Assembly (NCBI GenBank): GCA_040954595.2
Contig: CM082595.2
Coordinates: 10,405,918-10,469,917 of the forward strand
Direction of reading: 5' to 3'
DNA from: Balanoglossus misakiensis
Lineage: Eukaryota; Animalia; Hemichordata
DNA: 64,000 nucleotides
In this document: piece by piece, positions 39,799 to 51,600 of the stretch
Numbering within the stretch: the stretch's first letter is position 1
Layout of the letters: each line of letters begins with the position of its first letter
Program-made: the position numbers and the translations under genes
Notes under the pieces: model-generated
Seen by the model: the letters and a program-made list of their open reading frames with translations, nothing else
Databases searched by the model: none
What the model was told of the DNA's origin: nothing

Positions 39799-40682
39799 CA
39801 TAGACCCTAGAGAAAGAAGGACGAGCAACTGCGGCAAAGATCAAAGGGTTTGGGGATTATCTGTATGATGATGTTTTTTTGCATATAATTAACACCCAGG
39901 ACAGTTGGACAATGACTTCCTTACTTCGGCACGTGTCGACCCCACCAGTGATGCGAAAACTTGCCACCAAACTGGCACTCCTGCATTTCAGCAGCCACTG
40001 CGTTTTTTTCTAAAATTCTAAAAGTATTACGATGTCTGTGATAATTATTATGGTTTGGTGTTCGTCTGTCGGTTGAACGGTCATTTCTAGTGCCACAAGC
40101 TTCATTTAAAAATTGTAAACAAATCATCCATGTTTTTGCATGTCCGACTGGGCACTCATATTTCTTAGTAACGCTGACACTTTTCGTAATAATTTTATGT
40201 TTGCGTGAAGCATTGAAATAAAAATTGTGGTTTAGGGGCATTTTATTTCGCAGTGCGTGAACAATAAAACAGATTTCACGAAAACAATTTGTAAACAAAC
40301 TGGGTGGATTATCATGTGTGCGCTATGGCCGCCAGGCAACCCTCGGTACGGTTAGCTCACAGCCTTGTGAAATACCCGGACTGTTAGACAAAAGATGCTT
40401 GTTTTGGACGCTGTCAGACTCAGATTCAAATTCCTGTTTAACTTGTCCAGATGTGTTCCATAAATAATCGCTGCGTTCAACCACGTTGCAGTTTTCTCGT
40501 CTTCTGCGAGATGTTCTGAGGTGTTGTGATAACTTCACGCAAAACACGAGACTTTGCGTTAGTTTATACACAGTTTATTTGCAAATTGGATTATTGGGAT
40601 TTATCTGGAAATAATGTATGCAAAAGAACATCATTTCAAGAAAAAACTGGAATTGCGCGTCCTTCTTTCTCTAGGGTCCATG
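39799..40682. mobile_element. P-like MITE, copy 3
   Basis: Paralog with the same TSD. Confidence 0.85.
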
Positions 40683-42614
40683 GTCAAACAAGTGAGTATA
40701 TACTTTCAAGACACCCTGCAAACAAACAAGCAATCTTCATTCCGTAGATCTTTTAAGCTTATTTATACATTGTAAATTTTGATGTGAAACTTTATTGGTC
40801 TTGTTGCCAAACTTCTGAAGAAATGAGGATATTGTTTTGAAGGGTATTTTATCAGTAGGTAACAAATACCATGGCCCTCCATGCAAATACCCACATGGTA
40901 AATTAAAACTGTTACAGATGTATTTGATTTCCACATATTGATTACATGTGGGATAATATTGGGTGCTGGCAGTTTCAGTAAATGAACTGCTCTTAAAAGT
41001 TGGGCGTCAGGGCACCCTTGATTTTGCCTGTTCCAAGCTAGAATAGTCTGTCCATATGAATATTTGTTCAGCAAGTTACAAGCAATCTTTTAAGTTTGGA
41101 ATGAAAAAATAGTGAAATGACTTGTGATGTTAATATGCAATTGTTGGTTGATTTACATGCAACCCCCAGGACTCGATCAATGTTCTCCCAATCCGTGCAT
41201 GAACAACGGTATCTGTGAGCCAATCAGTGGATCGTGCAGTGCGTTTACCTGTCGCTGTCAAGGCTGTTTCATTGGAATCACCTGTGACCAAGGTAAATTT
41301 ATCAGACGAGGAACTGTTTTTCCCCCCTCATACCGGTATATTTGTCATAGCTGGCAGCTATGAAATTACCTGTATATTTAGGATGTGACAAACCAAATAG
41401 GCACTTTCAGGAATTGAGTCTTTTTTGCAATTACCACAGTCCTAAACTCCCAAAAGTATAATAAGTAATTCTTATTGTTCAGTTATACATTAAGGAGGCT
41501 TAGTTATAGGAGAACCCGATAGAACCACAGCTGTAGGAATTAAGGAAATGGTCATACCCTAAAAACTTATGTCACTACTATTTATTTTTTTTCATTCCAT
41601 TGAAACAGAACAAACTCCATGTAGGCCAAGTCCATGCCTGAACAATGGGCAGTGTACTCGGCTGTCGTGTACAACTTATGAGTGTACTTGTCCAGGATGT
41701 TTCACCGGCACACACTGCAGCCAGTGTAAAACTCATTAAAACAAACGTTTTGTCATGCAGGAACTAACATTTACAATCATGTCTCAATACATTGTCTGTT
41801 GGTCATACTTTATATTTTCATCTTCAGCATAACACCTTGGGCCTTGGGAATCGTTCACCTCAAAAATGATGTACAACTGAAAGAAAACATGTTTATTTTC
41901 ATAGCCCCACAAGTGCGTCCCAGAATGAGCAAGTTGTTTTTGGAAGTGAAGTTCCGTTCAGTATTTACAGTAATGGTAATGATGATGTTTTTATCAAACA
42001 GATTTTGAAAGTAAATATTGCTGAGATAACATTAGGTTGCACTTTTTATTGCAGTCCAAGATCCATGCCAGCGAAACAGCTGTCTCAACGGGGCTGTATG
42101 TAATGCAGTGGCCAACTCCTGCACGGCATATACCTGTGCCTGTACTGGTTGCTATGAGGGTAACCGTTGTGAAATATGTAAGTTTCTGACGTACCGTAAA
42201 TGACAATCTTTTGGGCACTTTCTCTTCATGGCAATTGAATTGTGTGGTAACTTCTCATTTCTAAAATTCCCACAAGAGAAAAGAAAACAGAAATTTCATT
42301 TGTATGTCCGTGCAATTTAGGATAGGCACGAACTTGTGAGGAAGTGTACGAAGCTGGATGTTTTCATCACTCAAATATACATGAGTTGCCTCTTGAAGAC
42401 TAGTGTCTGTAGAGATAATTGTGCATGTGAGGTAATTTCTCCTAAGGTGGTGCACACATCTGTTTATTAAGTAAAAGGGACGTCCTTAATTATCCATACT
42501 ATTTGGCTTGAAAAATCAATCTTACTAGGTGTTCTGATTAGAGAGGTGTCCATAAAGAGAGGTTTTACTGTATTACCCAAAAATAGAGACATTGTCCCTT
42601 CATCATATACTTAA

Positions 42615-43600
42615 GGTAGTTGGAAAGGCTAGGGCGTCAGTTAAAATTTCATTTAAAAACACTGAATTTATATCTAGAAATGTATTAGAGAAAAATTAAA
42701 CTCATAAAAAATTCGGGGCAATAAACGTGTAACAAGATATGGCTGGTTTTATGATACCTAATTTCATTCATCTGGCAAGGAAGCTAGGGAGCCTTATTTG
42801 AGCGCCCTCTAGGGGAAGACTTCTCCTAGGCTATGCGCACAAGAACGGGTTCCCCTAGCCAAGGGCATTTAAATGTAACTTGCAAACACTGATTCTTGCA
42901 ATTTTCAACGATAGATAACCTTGCTTGTTTATTAAAGGCTGCCAAATTATGGACATTTTTACATTTCTAGGGAACCCGAAAAGCCAGCGGAAAAGCGTTT
43001 GACCCAGATAAATGCGATCCTTCGCTGTGAACTGCCGCTAAACTTTGCGTATTTCGCTACTTTTCTGCCCTTCGCCATAATGTAATGGTTTTTATTTGTG
43101 ATTGAATAGGTATGCCAGATATTTTTTTTATCATGAAACTTTCAGGAAAGGCTCGGGACATCCCAAAGAACAATTTTACGGGACAGTTTTTTCATAAGTT
43201 TTCCCGTTGTGTTTTGGCAGCACGTTAAAATTGTATACAAAATATCAACAAAAACTGTGTTTTCCTGAGTGATAACTTTGAAAAAAATAAGTTTTTGCTA
43301 AAAGTGTCCCATACATTGCTGGAGGGGTTGCTTCATATTAAAATGAATACAAATTATTCAATAATTTGTGAAAACATGTCAAGATTCAATCAATATTTTG
43401 TAAAATTATGAATATTTATATTTAGGCGTATCAAATTTCATAATTTTAGCAGATATTTTTACAGTCATATTTTTCCCTCACTTTTTAGTTTGTTAAGAAC
43501 ACATGCTGCAAATTTCAAGTCATTATCTTTATTCTAACTTGTGAAAATAAATTCACAAACATTGAGAGAATTTGCTTCAAAAATAGCCTTTCCAACTACC
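42615..43600. mobile_element. Kolobok-like MITE, 986 bp, copy 3 only
   Basis: Perfect 17-bp TIR GGTAGTTGGAAAGGCTA with a TTAA TSD. Empty site ATAC-TTAA-TGCG near 9907. Confidence 0.92.
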
Positions 43601-43738
43601 TTAATGCGTGTTCTGGGTATGGTTCCAGTATAATGCTTGTGTCAAAGGATTTTGTTGTGGTGCAGGAATCATCTTTAGTTGAGGTATAGCCATCTGCATT
43701 TCATGTTTTTTAAACCATTTTTTTCTGATAGTCATTAA

Positions 43739-44330
43739 AGCCTCAGTATTTCTCGTAGGGGCAAAATTTTGTTTGAAACGGCATCTATAATTTATAAAAG
43801 TAGATGATAATTGATACTAAATCGAACAGTCATCATCCCCAGCTCTGCTCATAAACTCATACAATTTACAATATAACGGGTGAAGAATGACTTTCTGTCC
43901 GGACAGAAAGTCAGGCTCTGTTGACACACGTGACTAGTGCGCATGCGCACTCAAATGTGAATCTATGCGGAAGAGGTTTGGTCGCCCCAAATCAAGCGAC
44001 TCAGCGAAGAGATGCGCACTAATTCGGCGAAATTTTGGGAAGATAACTTTATGGGAGAAATCAGTCGTTGGAACCAGATCAAATCAGAAAATGGTCTGAC
44101 CATCAAATGTCAAAGTGGCACGTTTGCTGATCGACATGTACAACATTTCCGTTGTAAACAAACCCGCGCATCATTTCAAGTGTTACGGGCAATATTTACA
44201 GCTTTCACGTAGCTATAGTTGCCCAAACCTTTCTTCTATCTTCATTATGTAGTATTCCATGATGAATGTACAGGAAAAACGGGCATTTTTCGATGATGAA
44301 AAATGGATAAACACGAGAAATACTGGGGCT
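43739..44330. mobile_element. Kolobok-like MITE, 592 bp, copy 3 only, inside an EGF exon
   Basis: 18-bp TIR AGCC(T/C)CAGTATTTCTCGT with a TTAA TSD. Empty site GTCA-TTAA-CCCA near 10042. Confidence 0.92.
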
Positions 44331-45479
44331 TTAACCCATGTGATCAGAATCTGTGTCAAAATGGAGGCTATTGTTCCCAAACACCAAATTCTTATACTGA
44401 CTACACCTGTTACTGCCAGTAGTGTTGGACGGGGGCCATCTGTGCCGTAGGTGTGTCGAATTCAACTGTTTTATGACACAGCGTGGTATATAAACCCTCA
44501 TTTTTGGTATTCTCAATGTGATAGATGGACCCGTACACCAATAAATGGGGTGGAAGCATTACAAAGTTTCATCCTTTCAAAATTTGCTGATGTAGGGTCA
44601 AAATTGAGTGTGAGGTGCACGTTAAAAAGGAAAGCCTTCTGTATCATGTTGATGGCATATTTTTTAATTTTTCAAGATTCTTACAGAAAAATCCTAGCAT
44701 CATTATGTTATTTTAAATGTACAGGTTTGAAATAAGGAATGAAGACATTGCTCACTTATATAATTTAAACAAAATGAACATCACAAGTACATGTACAAGT
44801 TTTTGACAAGCAGGTCATTGATACTTTCATTTTTGTTTTGGCAGCCATTGATCAGTTATACTCTATGCCTTGTCAAAATGTGGTGGCACATGCGTTGCGT
44901 GAGACGGCTGTTTCCAGTTTGACTGTATGTGTGCCGAATGCTTCACTGGTGCCACATGTACAATGCATAAGTATAAACCAATATTATTTTATTCAATGCA
45001 AAACACTTGTTATGTATTATATAATATAAATATGGTACACATATTAAAGCCCTGGTAACTCAAACTTTGGGCTAGCTTAATGTTATCACTATTTTCGTTT
45101 TCGGTTGCAACTGTGGTTTCTTGTCGCACTCTAAAGGATTTCACAGCATTTGGTTTTTCAAAACAGCCCTTTGGTTGTTGTCAGGTATACATGTACACGA
45201 CTGCTGAGTGTAGTTTGTAGATTCTGTAATTTTGACGATACCTTGACTGCACTGTTCTAGTGATTTTCTGTAGATTTTAACTCCTGCTTTTTCAAAATAA
45301 TGTTCAGAAGTTCTCAACTTTCTCAACAACCCATACAGGAAACCGGCAATGGTGTGGATGTTCACATCCCATTTATGTTGATGGGCCTTTATCAGTGAAT
45401 TTGTGTGTCTGTGTGTTTCAGTGCTTTGAGCCTATAGTGATGTTTTCCTGCTCAATATTCTTTCTTTTTGTCTATACAG

Positions 45480-45610
45480 GAATCAACCAGACAACCAGTG
45501 TGTACCCTCTCCTTGCCTAAACAGTGGAATTTGCTCGCAAGTACCGGGTTCCTGTACACAGTTTACATGTTATTGTTTCAACTGCTCTACTGGTGACACA
45601 TGCACTGACC
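45480..45610 (+). pseudogene. EGF exon found only in copy 3, with an 8-nt frameshifting insertion
   Basis: tacag|GA ATC AAC CAG [ACAACCAG] TGT... gives NQCVPSPCLNSGICSQVPGSCTQFTCYCFNCSTGDTCTD|gtaag. Confidence 0.85.
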
Positions 45611-45650
45611 GTAAGCCTATAACCCCAATTTCTATGGTTTTCTGTAACAT

Positions 45651-48600
45651 TTTAACATTTATTATTAGAGAGTGATGCAGAGAGAGAATGGGATGGAGAG
45701 AGGGGGAGGAGAAGAGAGAGTTCAAGGGTCAAGGGTTAGAGTTCAAGGGTCTAAGGTCAAGGGTTGGAGATCAAGGGTCAAGGGTTAGAGTTCAAGGGTC
45801 TAAGGTCAAGGGTTGGAGATCAAGAGTCAAGGGTAAGAGTTCAACGGTCAAGGGTTAGCGTTCAAGGGTCAAAGTTCAAGGGTTAAGTTGAAGAGTTGGA
45901 GATCGAGGGTCAAAGGGTCAAGGGTTGGAGTTCATGGGTCAAAGGTTCAATGGTTAGAGTCCAAGGTTCAAGGGGTCAAGGGTTAGAGTTCAAGAGTTGG
46001 AGATCGAGGGTCAAGGGTAGGAGCTCAAGGGTCAAGGGTTAGAGTTCATGGGTCTTACATTCAATGGTTAGAGTCCAAGGTTCAAGGGGTCAAAGATCAA
46101 GGGTTAGAGTTCAATGGTCAAAGGTCAAGGGTTAGAGTTCAAGAGTTGGAGATCGTGGGTCAAGGGGGTCAAGGGTATGAGCACAAGGATCAAGGGTAAG
46201 AGTTCAATGGTCAAGGGGTCAAGGGTCAAGGATTTGAGTTCAACGGTCAAGGGTTAGAGTTCACCAGCCAAGGATTTGAGTTCAATGGTCAAAGGTCAAG
46301 GGTTAGAGTTCAAGAGTTGGAGATCGAGGGTCAAGGGGGTCAAGGGTATGAGCACAAGGATCAAGGGTAAGAGTTCAATGGTCAAGGGGTCAAGGGTCAA
46401 GGATTTGAGTTCAACGGTCAAGGGTTAGAGTTCACGAGCCAATGATTTGAGTTCAAGGGTCAAAGGTCAAGGGTATGAATTCAAGAGTTGGAGATCGAGG
46501 GTCAAGGGTCAAGGGTATGAGCACAAGGATCAAGGGTTAGAGTTCAAGGGGTCAAGGTCAAGGATTATAGTTGATGGGTCAACAGTTGGCGTTCAAGGGT
46601 TAGAGTTTAATGGTCAAGGGTTCTAGGGTCAGGGGTTTAAAGGTCAAGCATTAAGGGTCAGTTGTCAAGTTTAGGGTTTAAGGGTCAAGAGTTTAGTTTC
46701 AAGGGTCAAGGGTTGGAGTTCATGGGTCAGAGGTTCAATGGTTAGAGTCCAAGGTTCAAGGGGTCAAGGATCAAGGGTTAGAGTACAATGGTCAAGGGTT
46801 AGAGTTCAAGAGTTGGAGATCGAGGGTCAAGGGTCAAGGGTATGAGCACAAGGATCAAGGGTTAGAGTTCAATGGTCAAGGGGTCAAGGATTTGAGTTCA
46901 ACAGTCAAGGGTTAGAGTTCACGAGCCAATGATTTGGGTTCAAGGGTCAAAGGTCAAGGGTACGAGTTCAAGAGTTGGAGATCGAGGGTCAAGGGTCAAG
47001 GGTATGAGCGCAAGGATCAAGGGTTAGAGTTCAATGGTCGAGGGGTCAAGGGTCAAGGATTTGAGTTCAAGGGTCAAAGGTCAAGGGTTAGAGTTCAAGG
47101 GGTCAAGGGGCAAAGGTCAAGGATTATAGTTGATGGGTCAACAGTTGGCGTTCATGGGTTAGAGTTTAATGGTCAAGGGTTCTAGGGTCAAGGGTTTAAA
47201 GGTCAAGCATTAAGGGTCAGTTGTCAAGTTTAGGGTTTAAGGGTCAAGAGTTTAGTTTCAAGGGTCAAGGGTTAGATTTCAAGGGTCAAAGGTCGAGGGT
47301 TAGAGATCAAATGTCAAGGGTAAGAGTTCAAGGGTCAAATGTTAGTGTTCAAGGGTTAGAGTTCAAGGGTCAAAGATCAAGGGTTAGAGATCAAGAGTCA
47401 AGGGTAAGAGTTCAAGGGTCAAATGTTAGAGTTCAAGGGTCAAGGGTTAGAGTTGAAGAGTTGGAGATCGAGGGTCAAGGGGTCAAGGGTAAGAGCTCAA
47501 GGGTCAAGGGTTGGAGTTCATGGGTCAGAGGTTCAATGGTTTGAGTCCAAGGTTCAAGGGGTCAAGGATTAGAGTTCAAGGGTCAAAGGTCAAGGGTTAG
47601 AGTTCAATGGTCAAGGGGTCCTGGGTCAAGAATTTGAGTTCAAGGGTCAAAGGTCAAGGGTTAGAGTTCACGAGCCAAGGATTTGAGTTCAAGGGTCAGA
47701 GTTCACGAGTTGGAGATCAAGGGTCAAAGGTCAAGAATTATAGTTGATGGGTCAACAGTTGACGTTCAAGGGTTAGAGTTTAAGGGTCAACGGTTAAAGG
47801 GTCAAGCATTAAGGGTCAGTTGTCAAGTTTAGGGTTTAAGGGGCAAGAGTTTAGTTTCAAGGGTCAAGGGTTGGAGTTCATGGGTCAGAGGTTCAATGGT
47901 TAGAGTCCAAGGTTCAAGGGGTCAAGGATCAAGGGTTAGAGTACAATGGTCAAGGGTTAGAGTTCAAGAGTTGGAGATAGAGGGTCAAGGGTCAAGGGTA
48001 TGAGCACAAGGATCAAGGGTTAGAGTTCAATGGTCAAGGGGTCAAGGATTTGAGTTCAACAGTCAAGGGTTAGAGTTCACGAGCCAATGATTTGGGTTCA
48101 AGGGTCAAAGGTCAAGGGTACGAGTTCAAGAGTTGGAGATCGAGGGTCAAGGGTCAAGGGTATGAGCACAAGGATCAAGGGTTAGAGTTCAATGGTCGAG
48201 GGGTCAAGGGTCAAGGATTTGAGTTCAAGGGTCAAAGGTCAAGGGTTAGAGTTCAAGGGGTCAAGGGGCAAAGGTCAAGGATTATAGTTGATGGGTCAAC
48301 AGTTGGCGTTCATGGGTTAGAGTTTAATGGTCAAGGGTTCTAGGGTCAAGGGTTTAAAGGTCAAGCATTAAGGGTCAGTTGTCAAGTTTAGGGTTTAAGG
48401 GTCAAGAGTTTAGTTTCAAGGGTCAAGGGTTAGATTTCAAGGGTCAAAGGTCGAGGGTTAGAGATCAAATGTCAAGGGTAAGAGTTCAAGGGTCAAATGT
48501 TAGTGTTCAAGGGTTAGAGTTCAAGGGTCAAAGATCAAGTGTTAGAGATCAAGAGTCAAGGGTAAGAGTTCAAGGGTCAAATGTTAGAGTTCAAGGGTCA

Positions 48601-51600
48601 AGGGTTAGAGTTGAAGAGTTGGAGATCGAGGGTCAAGGGGTCAAGGGTAAGAGCTCAAGGGTCAAGGGTTGGAGTTCATGGGTCAGAGGTTCAATGGTTT
48701 GAGTCCAAGGTTCAAGGGGTCAAGGATTAGAGTTCAAGGGTCAAAGGTCAAGGGTTAGAGTTCAATGGTCAAGGGGTCCTGGGTCAAGAATTTGAGTTCA
48801 AGGGTCAAAGGTCAAGGGTTAGAGTTCACGAGCCAAGGATTTGAGTTCAAGGGTCAGAGTTCACGAGTTGGAGATCAAGGGTCAAAGGTCAAGAATTATA
48901 GTTGATGGGTCAACAGTTGACGTTCAAGGGTTAGAGTTTAAGGGTCAACGGTTAAAGGGTCAAGCATTAAGGGTCAGTTGTCAAGTTTAGGGTTTAAGGG
49001 TCAAGAGTTTTTTTTCAAGGGTCAAAGGTCAAGGGTTAGAGATCAAATGTCAAGGGTAAGAGTTCAAGGGTCAAGGGTAAGAGTTTAGGGTCAAGGGTAA
49101 GAGCTCATGGGTCAAGGGTTGGAGTTCATGGGTCAAAGGTTCAATGGTTAGAGTCCAAGGTTCAAGTGGTCAAGGGGTCAAACGTCAAGGGTTTGAATTT
49201 AAGTGTTGGAGATCAAGGGTCAAGGGGTCAAGGGTCAAAGGTCAAGGATTATAGTTGATGGGTCAACAGTTGGCGTTCAAGGGTTAGAGTTTAATGGTCA
49301 AGGGTTTAAGGGTGAAGCAGGGTCAGTGGTAAGGTTCAAGGGTCAAGAGTTTTGGGTTCAAGGGTCAAAGGTCAAGGGTGAGAGATCATGACTCAAGGGT
49401 CAAATGTTAGAGTTCAAGAGTGAAGGATTAGAGTTCAAGGGTCAAAGGTCAAGGGTCAAAGATCAAGGATTATAGTTGATGGGTCAACAGTTGGCGTTCA
49501 AGGGTTCGAGTTTAATGGTCAAGGGTTCTAGGTTCAAGGGTTTAAGGGTCAAGCATTAAGGCTCAGTTGACAAGTTTAGGGTTTAACATTTATTATTAGA
49601 GAGTGATAGAGAGAGAGAATGGGATGGAGAGTGAGGGGGAGGAGAAGAGAGAGTTCAAGGGTTAGAGTTAAAGGGTCAAAGATCAAGGGTTAGAGATCAA
49701 TAGTCAAGGGTAAGAGTTCAAGGGTCAAAGGTCAAGGTTAGAGTTAAAGAGTTGGAGATTGAGTGTAAAAGGTTCAAGGGTAAGAGCTCAAGGGTCAAGG
49801 GTTGGAGTTCATGGGTCAAAGGTTCAATGGCCAGAATCCAAGGTTCAAGGGGTCAAGAGTTAGAGTTCAAGAGTTGGAGATCGAGGGTCAAGGGGTCAAG
49901 GGTAAGAGCTCAAGGGTCAAGGGTTAGAGTTCATGGGTCAAAGGTTCAATGGTTAGAGTCCAAGGTTCAAGGGGTCAAGGATCAAGGGTTAGAGTTCAAT
50001 GGTCAAGGGGTCAAGGGTCAAGGGTTAGAGATCAAGAGTTTTAGATCGAGGGTCAAGGGGGTCAAGGGTCAAGGCTATGAGCACAAGGATCAAGAGTTAG
50101 AGTTCAATGGTCAAGGGGTCAAGGGTCAAGGATTTGAGTTCAACGGTCAAGGGTTAGAGTTCACCAGCCAAGGATTTGAGTTCAAGGGTCAAAGGTCAAG
50201 GGTTAGAGTTCAAGAGTTGGAGATCAAGGGGTCAAGGGTCAAAGGTCAAGGATTACAGTTGATGGGTCAACAGTTGGCGTTCAAGGGTTAGAGTTTAATG
50301 GTGTAGGGTTCAAGGGTTAGAGATCAATAATCAAGGGTAAGAGTTCAAGGGTCAAATGTTAGAGTTCAAAGGTCAAGGGTTAGAGTTCAAGGGTCGAGGG
50401 TTGGAGTTCATGGGTTAGAGGTTTAATGGTTAGAGTCCAAGGTTCAAGCGGTATAGGATCAAGGATTAGAGGTCAAGGGTTAGAGTTTAAGAGTTGGAGA
50501 TCGAGGGTCAAGGGTCAAAGGTCAATGATTGTAGTTGATGGGTCAACAGTTGGCGTTCAAGGGTTAGAGTTTAATGGTCAAGGGTTAGGGTTTTGGGTTC
50601 AAGGGTTAGATTTCAATGGTCAAAGGTCAAGGGTTAGAGTTCACGAGTCAAGGGTTAGAGTTCAAGCAACAAAGGTCAGGGGTATGAGTTCAAGAGTTGG
50701 AGATCAAGGGTCAAGGGGGTCAAGGGTCAAGGGTATGAGCACAAGGATCAAGGGTTAGAGTTCAATGATCAAAGGGTCAAGGGTCAAGGATTTGAGTTCA
50801 ACGGTCAAGGGTTAGAGTTCACGAGCCAATGATTTGAGTTCAAGGGTCAAAGGTCAAGGGTATGAGTTCAAGAGTTGGAGATCGAGGGTCAAGGGGGTCA
50901 AGGGTATGAGCACAAGGATCAAGGGTTATAGTTCAATGGTCGAGGGGTCAAGGGTCAAGGATTTGAGTTCAACGGTCAAGGGTTAGAGTTCACGAGCCAA
51001 GGTTTGAGTTCAAGGGTCAAAGGTCAAGGGTTAGAGTTCAAGGGGTCAAGGTCAAGGATTATAGTTGATGGGTCAACAGTTGGCGTTCAAGGGTTAGAGT
51101 TTAATGGTCTAGGGTTCTAGGGTCAAGGGTTTAAAGGTCAAGCTTTAAGGGCCAGTTGTCAAGTTTAGGGTTTAAGGGTCAAGAGTTTAGTTTCAAGGGT
51201 CAAGGGTTGGAGTTCATGGGTCAGAGGTTCAATGGTTAGAGTCCAAGTTTCAAGGGGTCAAGGATCAAGGGTTAGAGTTCAATGGTCAAGAGTTAGAGTT
51301 CAAGAGTTGGAGATCGAGGGTCAAGGGTCAAGGGTATGAGCACACGGATCAAGGGTTAAAGTTCAAGGGGTCAAGGGTCAAGGATTTGAGTTCAACGGTC
51401 AAGGGTTAGAGTTCACGAGCCAATGATTTGGGTTCAAGGGTCAAAGGTCAAGGGTTAGAGTTCAAGGGGTCAAGGCGCAAAGGTCAAGGATTATAGTTGA
51501 TGGGTCAACAGTTGGCGTTCAAGGGTTAGAGTTTAATGGTCAAGGGTTCTAGGGTCAAGGGTTTAAAGGTCAAGCATTAAGGGTCAGTTATCAAGTTTAG

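Larger units (their letters stand above)
31666..45252. repeat. Tandem segmental duplication, copy 3 (partial, three extra TE insertions)
   Basis: Colinear with copy 1 positions 1-10960. Homology stops after TTGACTGCAC at 45252. Confidence 0.95.
34091..45610 (+). pseudogene. GCC/EGF pseudogene, copy 3 (exon interrupted by a Kolobok MITE; unique last exon)
   Basis: Paralogous exons through ~44965, plus an extra exon at 45480-45610. Confidence 0.88.

Noticed and set aside
42615-44330. piggyBac classification of the TTAA elements
   Set aside because: The termini are GG/AG, not CCY.
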